Shown: positions 1 to 10,146 of the stretch, one piece after another
Position numbering within the stretch: position 1 is the first letter of the stretch
How the letters are laid out: every line of letters starts with the position of its first letter
From: Paraspadella gotoi
Taxonomy: Eukaryota; Animalia; Chaetognatha
Reading direction: 5' to 3'
Assembly (NCBI GenBank): GCA_051294375.1
Contig: CM119264.1
Span: 17,733,157-17,797,156 of the forward strand
DNA length: 64,000 bases
Notes under the pieces: generated by a model
The model's database searches: none
Told to the model about the DNA's origin: nothing
The model's input: the letters and a program-made list of their open reading frames with translations, nothing else
Program-made: the position numbers and the translations under genes

Positions 1-3000
1 GGGTTTGCTTACTTGATCAATTTATACTTTCTATACAGTTATTCGACGAGATTAGAAACAGGTTGGTTTTTGCTCCTGCTGATGGACGAGCGTTTTTGAA
101 AAAACCTCATTAGAAAATGTAAAGTCCAGACGAATATCTACAACTCAGATGCTAAAATGCTAAAATATTTCAGGCTAAACTTTACATTAAAAACATTTAA
201 AAATATATATATTTTTTTAAAAAATTAAAAAAATAAAACCCAATTACCCTAACCCTAAACCCTCTTAACCCTAACCTCCCCTAAACCTAAACCCTCGTAA
301 CCCTAACCACCCTTAACCCTAAAACACCCATAAACCACCCCTAAACCATTTTCAACCCTAACCCTTCCCTAACCCCGGTCGGCGAAAGTAAAAGTAACCC
401 ATATTTCAAATATGTGTAAAGTAAGAATTATTTCACAGCAGATTCCGGCTTTATAATTCATTTTGTCGGTCCGTCCCCCCACTTTTGTCAGTAAATCATT
501 TAAATTGTGTCAGAACATCGAATTATGATAAATTATGCAAAAAAATTGATGTCCGTCCGTCTGTCTGTCCGTCCGTCCTCCCCCTTAACTTTGAACGCCA
601 ATTACTCAATTACTCACGTCCGAGTGGAAATGAGTTTAAATGGAAAAAACAAAAAACCTATTTTACTAATTGATTTTGCTACTTTTTTTATCGTCGCAAT
701 CGCTTTGCGTAGGCGTCGTCGGCGTTGTCGTCGGCGTTCCAAATTATAGATCGCCTTTTTTATGATTAAATTTGGGTGTATGAAGCTGAAAATTTATATA
801 CAGCTTTTCATCATCGATGTGCTTAAAATTGAGTCAGGACAGTTATTAAATATGTTTTGTTTACGTTTTATCAAAACAAACAAATTTTCTCTTTTATTTT
901 TATATATCTTTCTCTCTCTCTTTTCTCTTTTAATTATAAGTCTCTCTCCCTCTCTCTTTTTCCCTAGTGACTGATTCATAGGGAAAAAAAACTAGTCTGC
1001 AGCTGGCTCTGCAGGGGCTCTTTCTTTTTTTCTCTTTTCTCCTGCTGCTTCTGCTGCTGCCTTTTAATTTTTCTTTTTTTTTCTCTCTCACGCTGCGATT
1101 AAAATAAAAATTGAATTAGGAATAGGATTGAACTCGTAAAATTAGGCCTCGCATTCGTGCAAGTTATCATTTTGCTATCGCATCATCGGGTTTTTATTTC
1201 GTTTTTTTTCTCTGATTAGTTTATTTTTTGACAATGAAAATTTTTTCTTCTTTTTTTCTTTTTTTTAAGAAACTGTAACTTTAATTTTTCTCGGTCTTTA
1301 TTATTTTTTTTAATTGATAATCGCAAAATATAATTTTTCTTTCTGTTTATAAATTAATTTTTTCTCAATTTTTTTTAGTATCAAAATTTGTCGTTAATCC
1401 AGATTTTTTTTATACGTTTGCGACTATCCTTATGTTTTTAAGATTTTTTATATTAAATATAAATGCAAGATGTATAAATTAATTAATCAATTAGTCCATT
1501 AATAAGTCAATTAATTATTGAATCAATCAATTTATTTACCTATTAATTAATTATTCAATCAATAAATTTATTAATTATTCTAGCAATAAATCAATCAATC
1601 AAATAAGTCAATCAATTAATCGTTATCTGCATTATTGTCATCGTCCCCATCATCGTCGTTGCTTTTGTCGTGGTCAATGATGAAAAGATCTAAAAACAAA
1701 CATGTCGGATCAAATCAATTAATTAATTAATTACCGATAATAATAGTGGGCAGATCCGGCATTGTTTGTTCAAACTTGTTTATCAAAAACTAGGGCAGTC
1801 CTGGAGATCAATACGCTCTGGAGGCATATGGAAATTAATTATAAAAATAGGTTAGGGTTAGGAGTAGAAATCTACTATGAAATTAAATTCAATAGGGACG
1901 GGGGTTGAAAACTTTAGTCTTGAAGTCTACTTTTAGGTAAAAAAAGAATTTTTAACAAAAGTTCGATTTTAATGCTTTTATTGTTGCTATTAAAATTATA
2001 ATATTATTATATAATGATAAAAAAATTTTTTAATCAATCTTAACTTTTTTTTATAAATTCTGATAGAGCATAAAAAGTTAAATAAAAAATATAACTACAA
2101 CTTTAAAAAATATTTATATTTTTTTGGTAAAAATTAAGAAAAAGTAATAAAATTATCGAAAAATGATGGTGATGATGATTATAAATAGTTTTTTATATTT
2201 TTCACACACTTATGATCAAAATATCGAAAAAAGAATTATATTTTGTGTAGACAACTTTTTGCAAGCTACCTAAATCTGATCTTAAAAATAAAAAAATCTG
2301 AAAAAACTTTTTAGCCTTTCTTATTTATAAATAAATAATAAAAAATTAATATATAGAGTATGAAGTAATATTAAACAATTTTATCTATTTAAATTTGTTA
2401 AAAAATATCTAAATTTTCGTTTGAGCAGGTGCTTAATTTAAATTTCTTAACCACCTTACTGAGTTAGTTTCCCCCTCTTAGGAGTGGGTTAAGGGTAAGT
2501 TAAGTTTAGGGTTAAGTTAAAGGTAAATTAGGGTTAAATTTTAAATTAAGTTTCAGCTTAAATATATAATAATTAANNNNNNNNNNTAGGGTTAAGTTAA
2601 AGTTAAATTAGAGTTAAATTTTAAATTAAGTTTCAGCTTTAATATATAATAATTAAAAATTTTTAAAAAAATTTTAATAGTAATAAATTTATAAAAAATA
2701 TAATAATAATATTTACAAAGTAACAAAGTATTTATGATTACAACGATCATTTAATAATTCGGAGAGAGAGAGTGTGAGAGAGGATATCAAAGTTAAATTA
2801 TATCTGAAATAGTAAATGTTTTTAAAATGTTTTTAAATTTTTTTAATATCATTGTTGTTACGGTTTTAAATTTTTTTTTGTAAAGAAACAAACTTTATTT
2901 TTTTATTTTCTTTTTCTTTATTTTCCCATAAGACTCCAGAGCGTATTCAACTCCGGGATCGCCAAAACTCGGGGGATTTTACTATGAAATTGTTACAATG

Positions 3001-3777
3001 ACTGTATTTAATATATTTTTATTATTTTGCACGACGCAAGAAGGACTTAAACAGTCCGATGGCGAAATTTACAAAGTTTTTTTTACTTGTATTAATTTCA
3101 CATTATCCTCAAAACTATTACTTAATCTTTTAGGTCTTTTCGATGGACGTCCAGCTGATTACGCATTTATGTGGCTGTTTAACTGGCTAAGTATCGTCGT
3201 AATTGCCTTCATTCTGGAATTTTCTCTTCTGATGGATCCCATGGTGTTGTCGGTGATGTACGTTTGGTGTCAGTTGAACAAAGACACAATCGTAAATTTT
3301 TGGTTTGGAACCCAATTTAAGGTAACTGTTCTTACGTCTATAATCTATTTTCATGCGTTTCACTCGCCACCTTACCATTTCTTGACTTTTCTTTTCTATT
3401 TGAAGGCAATGTACCTTCCTTGGGTTCTCTGCCTGTTTAATATGATTTTGCGCGGAGGAGGAATGTCCGAATTGCTCGGGATATTTGTGGGTCACCTTTA
3501 CTTTTTTCTTATGTTCAAATATCCTCAAGATTTCGGCGGGAGATCGTTTTTGTCAACTCCCCAAGTAAACATTCCAAATCATTTTTCTTGACAGGTTATT
3601 TATTGTTGTAACCAAGCCTTTTTTTTTTATCAGTTCCTTTACAAATGGTTTCCCAACCGACGGGGAGGCGTCTCCGGTTTTGGCCAAGCGCCGTCGAGTC
3701 GACGCGACGAGGGTCCTGATGGTGGTGGTGGAGGTCGTCATCATTGGGGCGGAGGACAAGCTTTGGGAGGAAGATGA
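1..3777 (+). CDS. DERL1: Derlin-1 (ERAD component), 5'-truncated by the window edge; exons <1-61, 3134-3321, 3406-3564, 3634-3777
   Basis: Spliced translation GFAYLINLYFLYSYSTRLET/GLFDGRPADYAFMWLFNW...VNFWFGTQFK/AMYLPWVL...GHLYFFLMFKYP...ends WGGGQALGGR* (SHP-box-like). GT-AG junctions are phase-consistent. Confidence 0.95.
172..400. mobile_element. MITE-like element with degenerate CCCTAA repeats (copy 1)
   Basis: CCCTAA-type array ending ...CCCGGTCGGCGAAAGTAAAAGTAACCC; nearly the same end as the copy at 18429-18578. Left boundary approximate. Confidence 0.6.
437..1782 (+). mobile_element. Helentron-associated/DINE-1-like element, family B (5'-truncated, carries a family A insertion)
   Basis: (GTCC)n microsatellite, 3' subterminal repeat GCAGATCCGGC followed by small hairpin GTTTG..CAAAC and T-run; homologous to 19075-19880, 34561-35880, 41232-41915 and 43250-43862. 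Confidence 0.7.
683..1449 (+). mobile_element. Helentron/HINE-like element, family A, nested in family B
   Basis: Starts TTTTTATCGTCGCAATCGC, ends TTGCGACTATCCTTATGTTTTTAAGATTTTT (subterminal inverted repeat, T-run ends); near-identical to 21567-22316 and 33966-34563. Confidence 0.75.
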
Positions 3778-4068
3778 TGGTGGTTCACGTCGATCCTGGG
3801 TCATCTCATCTACCGAGAAGCTGTGACTGGGATTTAATTTGATGTTTCTTTTTAATTTCATATTTTTTCATTGATAACCTTAGCGAAAGTTTCAAAATTT
3901 AATTGTTTCCGTTTATGACTCTTAAAGCTACTGAATTATTCATATTCTGTAATTTTGACAGGAAATATCGGTAATACTATTCTGTAATGACCAGGAAACT
4001 TAAAACAACTATGTGAACGATGTTCTCGTTGGAAAATTTCCGTTTATTCAAGATACTACTTTTACTTT

Positions 4069-7000
4069 ATGAACATGAATTTTTCCGAGAACTTTAAACT
4101 CACATCTCGAGGAGGTGGTTTGTCGATTAGTTCCTTCTCTGGAAACCACCCGCTTGTCAAATTTTCTCCAAATGGTCGCCGAATAGCAAACGCTGTTCAG
4201 TATAGGCTTATTATCAGGGATGCTCACGAAACACTCGATGTATGTCTCGGGTTCGAAACATAAATGGTCTCTAACCGTATTTTAAAAGTTTTCATACCTT
4301 GATTGTTGATATCTTGTCAGGTTACTCACTTGTTTACCTGCTTGGACGCTATTCAAACTCTACAATGGTCCCCGGATTCTTTACTCATTATGTGCGCTAT
4401 GCCGAAGCGCGGCCTTCTTCAAATTTGGTCACTCGACCAACCCGAGTGGTAAATTGAATTGGGCCTACTTTTCTTGGGCTGACTATGCGACCGCTGATCG
4501 GACTGCAATTAAAATTAACAAGCAAAATTTTTTACTTCATTTTATTAAGGACATGCAAAATTGACGAAGGTTCTGCGGGTCTCAAGTTCGCATTTTGGGC
4601 CCCCGACTCAACTCACATCCTAACAATGGCTGATTTCGACATCCGCATGACAGTGTGGTCGTTATCCTCTAAGTCCGTCTCGTACATCAAACACGTTTCT
4701 AAGGCTGGAATAAACGGTCTCGCATTTTCTCGTAAGTATTTTTCAGGGGGAGAACATTTCAATGGTCTAAAATCCACTCACCATTCGCCCGGTGGCTGTC
4801 TAGCAGTTGAAGGGGACAAGCCGGTTAATCCGCCTGTAACATGGTTAATCCGTTTATAATTATAACTCGGTGCTCAAATCGACAAGGGATTGATATTTTA
4901 TGTACAGTTTAATCATTAATTCATAAGTTGATTAATGATTATTCATTCTCCTCCTACGTAGGGGAAGACGGGGTAAGTTGGTGATGTTAATCTATTTTTT
5001 CCATTTTTTTTTTTAAAAACACCTTTACCATTTTTTTATTTTTATTACATGTATTTAATTATTAATTAATTGTGAACCGTATTAAAGTACTGAATTTTTT
5101 TTAAAAACTGGTCAAACTCCCCATTTTTCCCCATATATGGGGTAAGATGGGGAGGATGGGGAGCCGAAACTGTTTTTAAAAAAATATGCTACTTCAAACA
5201 CAAACAATACAGCACCAACAAAAATGCAACTGCCATTGATTATCATAACATTTTGATAATTTGTTAATAATATGGACAAAATAACATCGCATTCGGACAT
5301 TGCATAACATGAAACGACATAACTGCCATTCTTTGGCAAAAAGAAACCAAAAACTAAAAAAATACGAGAGAAAACGAAAACTGTAGCACTAAAGGATATC
5401 AATTCTCTTTAAAATCAATGGCTCTTGAGAATTTGTATTAGCTCATAGGCCGTCCAGTGGGTTAAATCAGAAGTTTTGGGGGCAAGTCTTAGGTTTTTTG
5501 CATTATCCAGCTAGAAGCATTGACAAGGATGTTAATTTTTACATATTATATCATGTCATATAATTACTATTGTCTTTATAATCTATGGAATTGTATTTTA
5601 GTTGCTTGCCTTATGAATTTAAATAGGTCTGATTTGTAAATGGAACATATTTAAACATTAATTTCCCTGGAAGCTATTGGAGGGCCCATTTTTCCATGAC
5701 ACAGCATCAATGGCCTTTTCCAATAAATTTTCATTCCATCCACCTCTACTAGTTTTTCTAATGTAGTTTCTCGGCATTCTAACTATCTAGCTACAACAAA
5801 TCTAAAACAAAAAATGATTCGTGCATCCGCATCTTGCCCCAGAAAATTCTCCACATCTTACCCCAAACGCGAAAAACTGAAGTTTCAATTTTTAAAATTT
5901 TGCACAATAAATGTTGAAAGTGAAAACTACCTACATATTACTACATTGATAGGGAAGCCAGGTACTCTGAGAGTGAATAAACGGGACTGTGAGAGAGTCT
6001 TGATTGAAAGCTTGCAGGGACCTGCTATGTCATTATCTTGTAAGAGTGATGGAGGCCTTAAACCACCAAAGCCTGTCCAAAGTCAGGGGCAAGATAGCTT
6101 GTTTATTAAATGAATGGATAATTTTTATATTGGTTGTACCAATTTCATAACGTAGATAAGCAATCTATAAAACAGTTGTTATACGTTGTTATACGTTGTT
6201 ATACATGAGCATATAAAAAAACCTTAAGTTGGCAATGCTAAAATAAATAACAAAATGCAAAATTTTACATATTTTAGCATAACTTTTGCAAAAGTCAAGA
6301 AATCAGTTGGAAAGTTCATGGGTCATCATAAGATGAGAAGTTGCAGCTATTCAGACAACAAAAACGGAATGAAGATACTTCATGGAGCTAAAATTAGTAA
6401 TCTCCATCTTACCACATGTCCCCGTCTTACCCCGTCCTCCCCTACTTATCCTTTTAAGCGGACGGGCGATATTTAGCACTCGCAGAACGACGGGAATGCA
6501 AAGATGCTCTGTCCATTTTCGACCTGACGTCTTGGTCAATGACTAGGCACTTTTCCTTGCCGACGCGGGAATTGGCCGGTTTGACTTGGAAACCAGTGAC
6601 AACTGAACATTTTCTCGCTGTCTGGGATTCACTTGTTTACGGATTCGACCTTATTCTTTTTTCTCTCACCGGTGAGGCTATTGGAAGATTTGATCACGCT
6701 CAGTTTTGCGTTTCTGCAGTTCGTCGCAATAAGCTTACATCATTAGGACCCAGCATGGTAAGTCGTTGTTATAATCAATTTTGCTTCGAATTTTTAAATT
6801 TTATAACGGCTTCTCAGGTTAAATTTTCACCCTGCGGTCAATTGGTCGCCGCTGGATCTGCCGATCCTCTTTTTCCGACGATAGTAATCCTCAATTCATT
6901 GTCGTGGCAACGAATAACCGAATTGGCAATGGTTGCATCCTTTGTCATTGGAGAAACGGAAAAGGAAGAAAAACATAAGTCGATGACGGCTTATAAAAAC

Positions 7001-8941
7001 GCGGTCGTTTACCGCGAAATTTACAAGTTAGTCTAGGATACATATTACATAAATATATTTTATTTATGAATTTTCAATAACATTTAATTGAATATATATT
7101 ATATAAAATCAAATTTGAAAAATATATTTTAGTAAAAGAAAAAAGGAGGGAGAGAACAAAAGTATAAAAGAAAGAAACAAAAAACAAGTAAGAGTGGGCA
7201 ACGAGTACTACAGAACAGTTCAAAAAGAGGACTCTTAAAGTTAAACCTTGACTTAAGAACGTTGTTTAACGTTGTATTTATATTAAAAAAAATTGAATGG
7301 TATATGTATGGCAACGGTGAGACAAGTGTGATGCCCGGGGTGAGGCATCTGGCGCTCAGGACTTTGGACTATCGGTGACCACTGACCAGTGACTAGGGTT
7401 ATTAACGGATAAAAAAATTTTAACCTAACCGTTAATATATTTATTTTAACGGTTAAATTAGGTTAATTTTTAAATAGGATTTTTTTTATTTTTTGGTATA
7501 AAATCTTTGATTTTTTAAAAGAAAAGTATTTTTTTCCTGTCCTCTCTTATTCTCCTCTCCTTTTATCACCATATTTTTTCACCTCTCTCTCTTCTCCATT
7601 TTTTTCCTGTTTTTTTCCTTTGTTATTTTCAACCCTTTTAATCTTTTTTTTCTATACTAATGTCTCTCTTAATATTTCTTCCCCTCACTTTATTTCCTTC
7701 TGTGCCTTTCTTTTTCTTTCTCTATTTTCCCCTCCTTTTCATTCATAACGCAACGAAAAGAAGGGAAAAAAAAGAAATTTCTTGAATCTCATCTTTATTA
7801 AAAAATTTAAACAAATTTAACAAACCTAGGAAAGTTCCGGTTGAATTGGATACGCGTCATCCTCTGGCGTCGACGGACGTATGCTCATTAGGAACGCTCT
7901 ACGCACAACGAAGTCGTTTCGAGACGACAACCTGCGGTGTTGTCACAATGTCGTGTATTGCGTACGATCCAGATAAAATCTTTCCTTCGCCGCTTGTGGA
8001 GCTCAAGTTTTCTCCAGACTCAACGCTAATCGCTTCGAGGTCGGAAACGTTTCCTAATACCATTTGGATTTGGGACGTTAAAAAGTATGTACCTCATATT
8101 AAATAATATCTCGGTGATAAGTTTTGGATTTTGAACCCTTTATGGTGGACTAAAATCCCCCAACCGTTCATCAGCGACCATTGGTGCCGGAGGCAAGTCA
8201 TTCGCCTTCCAACCCAAAGGTCCCGGGTTCTAGCCCGGTGGTCGCCTAGCAGTAGAGAGGGACGGGGCGCTTAACCCGCCTGTAACACGGTTTAAGGATC
8301 CGAAGCTCAGGGACTGCTTTCATTGAACGGTTCTGTCACTAACATATAACAATAATTACTGTCTCTTTACCTTGTGAATATTTCTTTCGCGTCAGCCTTT
8401 GTTTGTCTTCAATGCTTATACTAACTTCCCCTATTAAAAACTTCGTTTGGGCCCCGCAATACGAAGGGGACGAGTCTTCTCGACTTGCTGTTGTCACGGG
8501 CAATCAAAATCTTTACATATGGTCCTTACAAGGAGCCCTCTCGGTTCAGGTTAGTTTTCGTCAATACAGAAACAAATAATTCGCTATTATTAATTTATTT
8601 AGGCTGCAAAAACGAAAAAAGTTTTATTTTTGAATTGATTGACATTTTTAATTTACTAATTATTCTTACGATTTTTTTTAATAAAATGTCACAATGACAA
8701 GTACCGTATTTTGTATTCTAAAATAATAAATTACCGAGAGCAATATATACATTGTAAATTAAATTTTTGATATTGACAGGTTCCCTCTGACGTTTCAATG
8801 GATTTATCTTCGCTCTGTTGGTCCCCTGATGGCGGCGCTCTTGCTCTCATCTCTCGCGACGCCTTTTGTTTGTGTTTTTGTAAAGAGGAAGATCGTTTCC
8901 AGGCTCCTGATATTTCTGTCTCTGATCGAAACTTACATTGA
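4069..8941 (+). CDS. WRAP73: WD-repeat protein WRAP73/WDR8; exons 4069-4239, 4321-4448, 4550-4731, 6459-6757, 6818-7026, 7830-8084, 8396-8549, 8780-8941
   Basis: [40 protein letters not shown]...[23 protein letters not shown] and [15 protein letters not shown] match the WDR8/WRAP73 family; phases consistent. Confidence 0.9.
4957..6446. mobile_element. Non-autonomous Tc1/mariner (pogo-like) element in WRAP73 intron 3
   Basis: TA|CGTAGGGGAAGACGGGGTAAG ... CTTACCCCGTCCTCCCCTACT|TA: ~21-bp TIRs and TA TSD; no transposase ORF seen. An inverted internal fragment recurs at ~33240-33320. Confidence 0.8.
8174..8345 (+). mobile_element. tRNA-derived SINE (tRNA-Gly-like head)
   Basis: GCGACCA...TGGTCGC acceptor stem, CCTTCCAA anticodon-loop-like segment, CCGGGTTCTAGCCCGG T-arm, broken D/anticodon arms; body also seen at ~4785-4850. 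Confidence 0.65.
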
Positions 8942-9188
8942 CGTTGGGAAACCATAATTTTCGTATCGGTTAGACGGTTTTGCCTATTGACACATAAATG
9001 CAATGACTTGGTGAAATAGTTACTGCAGCGAACATCAATTTTTTTTAAATAAACAAATTATTTTGAAAATTTCTAAAAAATCAAAATTAAATGATTGATA
9101 AAAATAAATTAGCAAATGATTGATGTTTAGCTGGACGATGTAATAATAATTTCAAGTTATTTTTAGTGAGAGGAAATATTAAAGGAAA

Positions 9189-10019
9189 ATGCTTAAGTCG
9201 ACGAATGTTTTTCTGCTTTTTATGGGCGTAATTGCCCTGAATGAAGGCTATAACGTCCAGCTTGCAAAGGATTCGTATACGGAGTGCAGCAGATATGACA
9301 AGGGCACTATCAGACCATTGAGAAAATTTTACGCGGAATTAAACGTCAAAATCAACTTCGATCCAGGAACAAAAGTCGACGACTATGATTTTCATTTGGT
9401 TAAATGTTGGAAGAAAATTTGCCAAAAAGGGGACAAGAAAATCAGCAAGAATTTTCCGCGCTGTGGAAACGCTTGTGGAGACCACGTTGGGGCTCGGGAG
9501 TGGGTTGGGTTTTTCAATATTGATATGAACGGCAAAGCTGAATTGCAATCTACTGTCTACCTAAAAAAAGATCATTTTGGTAAAGCAGACGTTGTATATC
9601 TGGCAATTTCTATAAACAAAAGAAATTCCGTCGATAATCCAAAACATACCCGGTCATTGGTCGTAACTAAAGATTTATGCAATGGTGATATAACCTCAAC
9701 GCCTACGCATTCTACGTTCATGCCAAGTTCCAAATCTAGTTTCACGTCCAGTTCCACTTCTGTTTCCACTTCTATTTACACGACTTATGTATCAGGCGAG
9801 TCCACGAGTTTGGTTTCTAAAGAAGTTACGACCCATTTCGATTTTCCTATTGAAAGAGAGTTAACGAAGTACGAAAATTCTTCAGTGCCGTCACCACCTG
9901 ATAACTCCAGTTTACCAAGAATAAACGGCACTAATTCAGCCTCCAGGATATACAAAACCCAACACTCGACAGAATATCTCATTTACATCCTGTTACCCGT
10001 TATTTCCATTTTGTTTTGA
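9189..10019 (+). CDS. Intronless orphan secreted/GPI-anchored-type protein, 276 aa
   Basis: N-terminal signal-like peptide, ~145-aa domain with 6 Cys, Ser/Thr-rich stalk with N-glycosylation sequons, small-residue patch (NSAS) and hydrophobic C-terminus (YLIYILLPVISILF*). Family not recognised. Confidence 0.75.
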   Translation: MLKSTNVFLLFMGVIALNEGYNVQLAKDSYTECSRYDKGTIRPLRKFYAELNVKINFDPGTKVDDYDFHLVKCWKKICQKGDKKISKNFPRCGNACGDHVGAREWVGFFNIDMNGKAELQSTVYLKKDHFGKADVVYLAISINKRNSVDNPKHTRSLVVTKDLCNGDITSTPTHSTFMPSSKSSFTSSSTSVSTSIYTTYVSGESTSLVSKEVTTHFDFPIERELTKYENSSVPSPPDNSSLPRINGTNSASRIYKTQHSTEYLIYILLPVISILF

Positions 10020-10146
10020 TTCTTTTATTAATTGTTCGTGTTTTTCCCCCCCCAAAAATATTGATTGTTAAACAGAATTAATTTATTCCCTATTAAGTTT
10101 TATCTACTTGTATCTGTTACTGTACTCAAGATTTTTGTTTCTGTAG

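Noticed and set aside
2506-2656. ~70-bp tandem duplication
   Set aside because: The copies flank an N gap, so it may be an assembly overlap artefact.
8174-8246. Functional tRNA-Gly gene or twister ribozyme
   Set aside because: D and anticodon stems do not pair properly and the body is repeated elsewhere (SINE); the twister resemblance is only the T-arm plus GAGGG.
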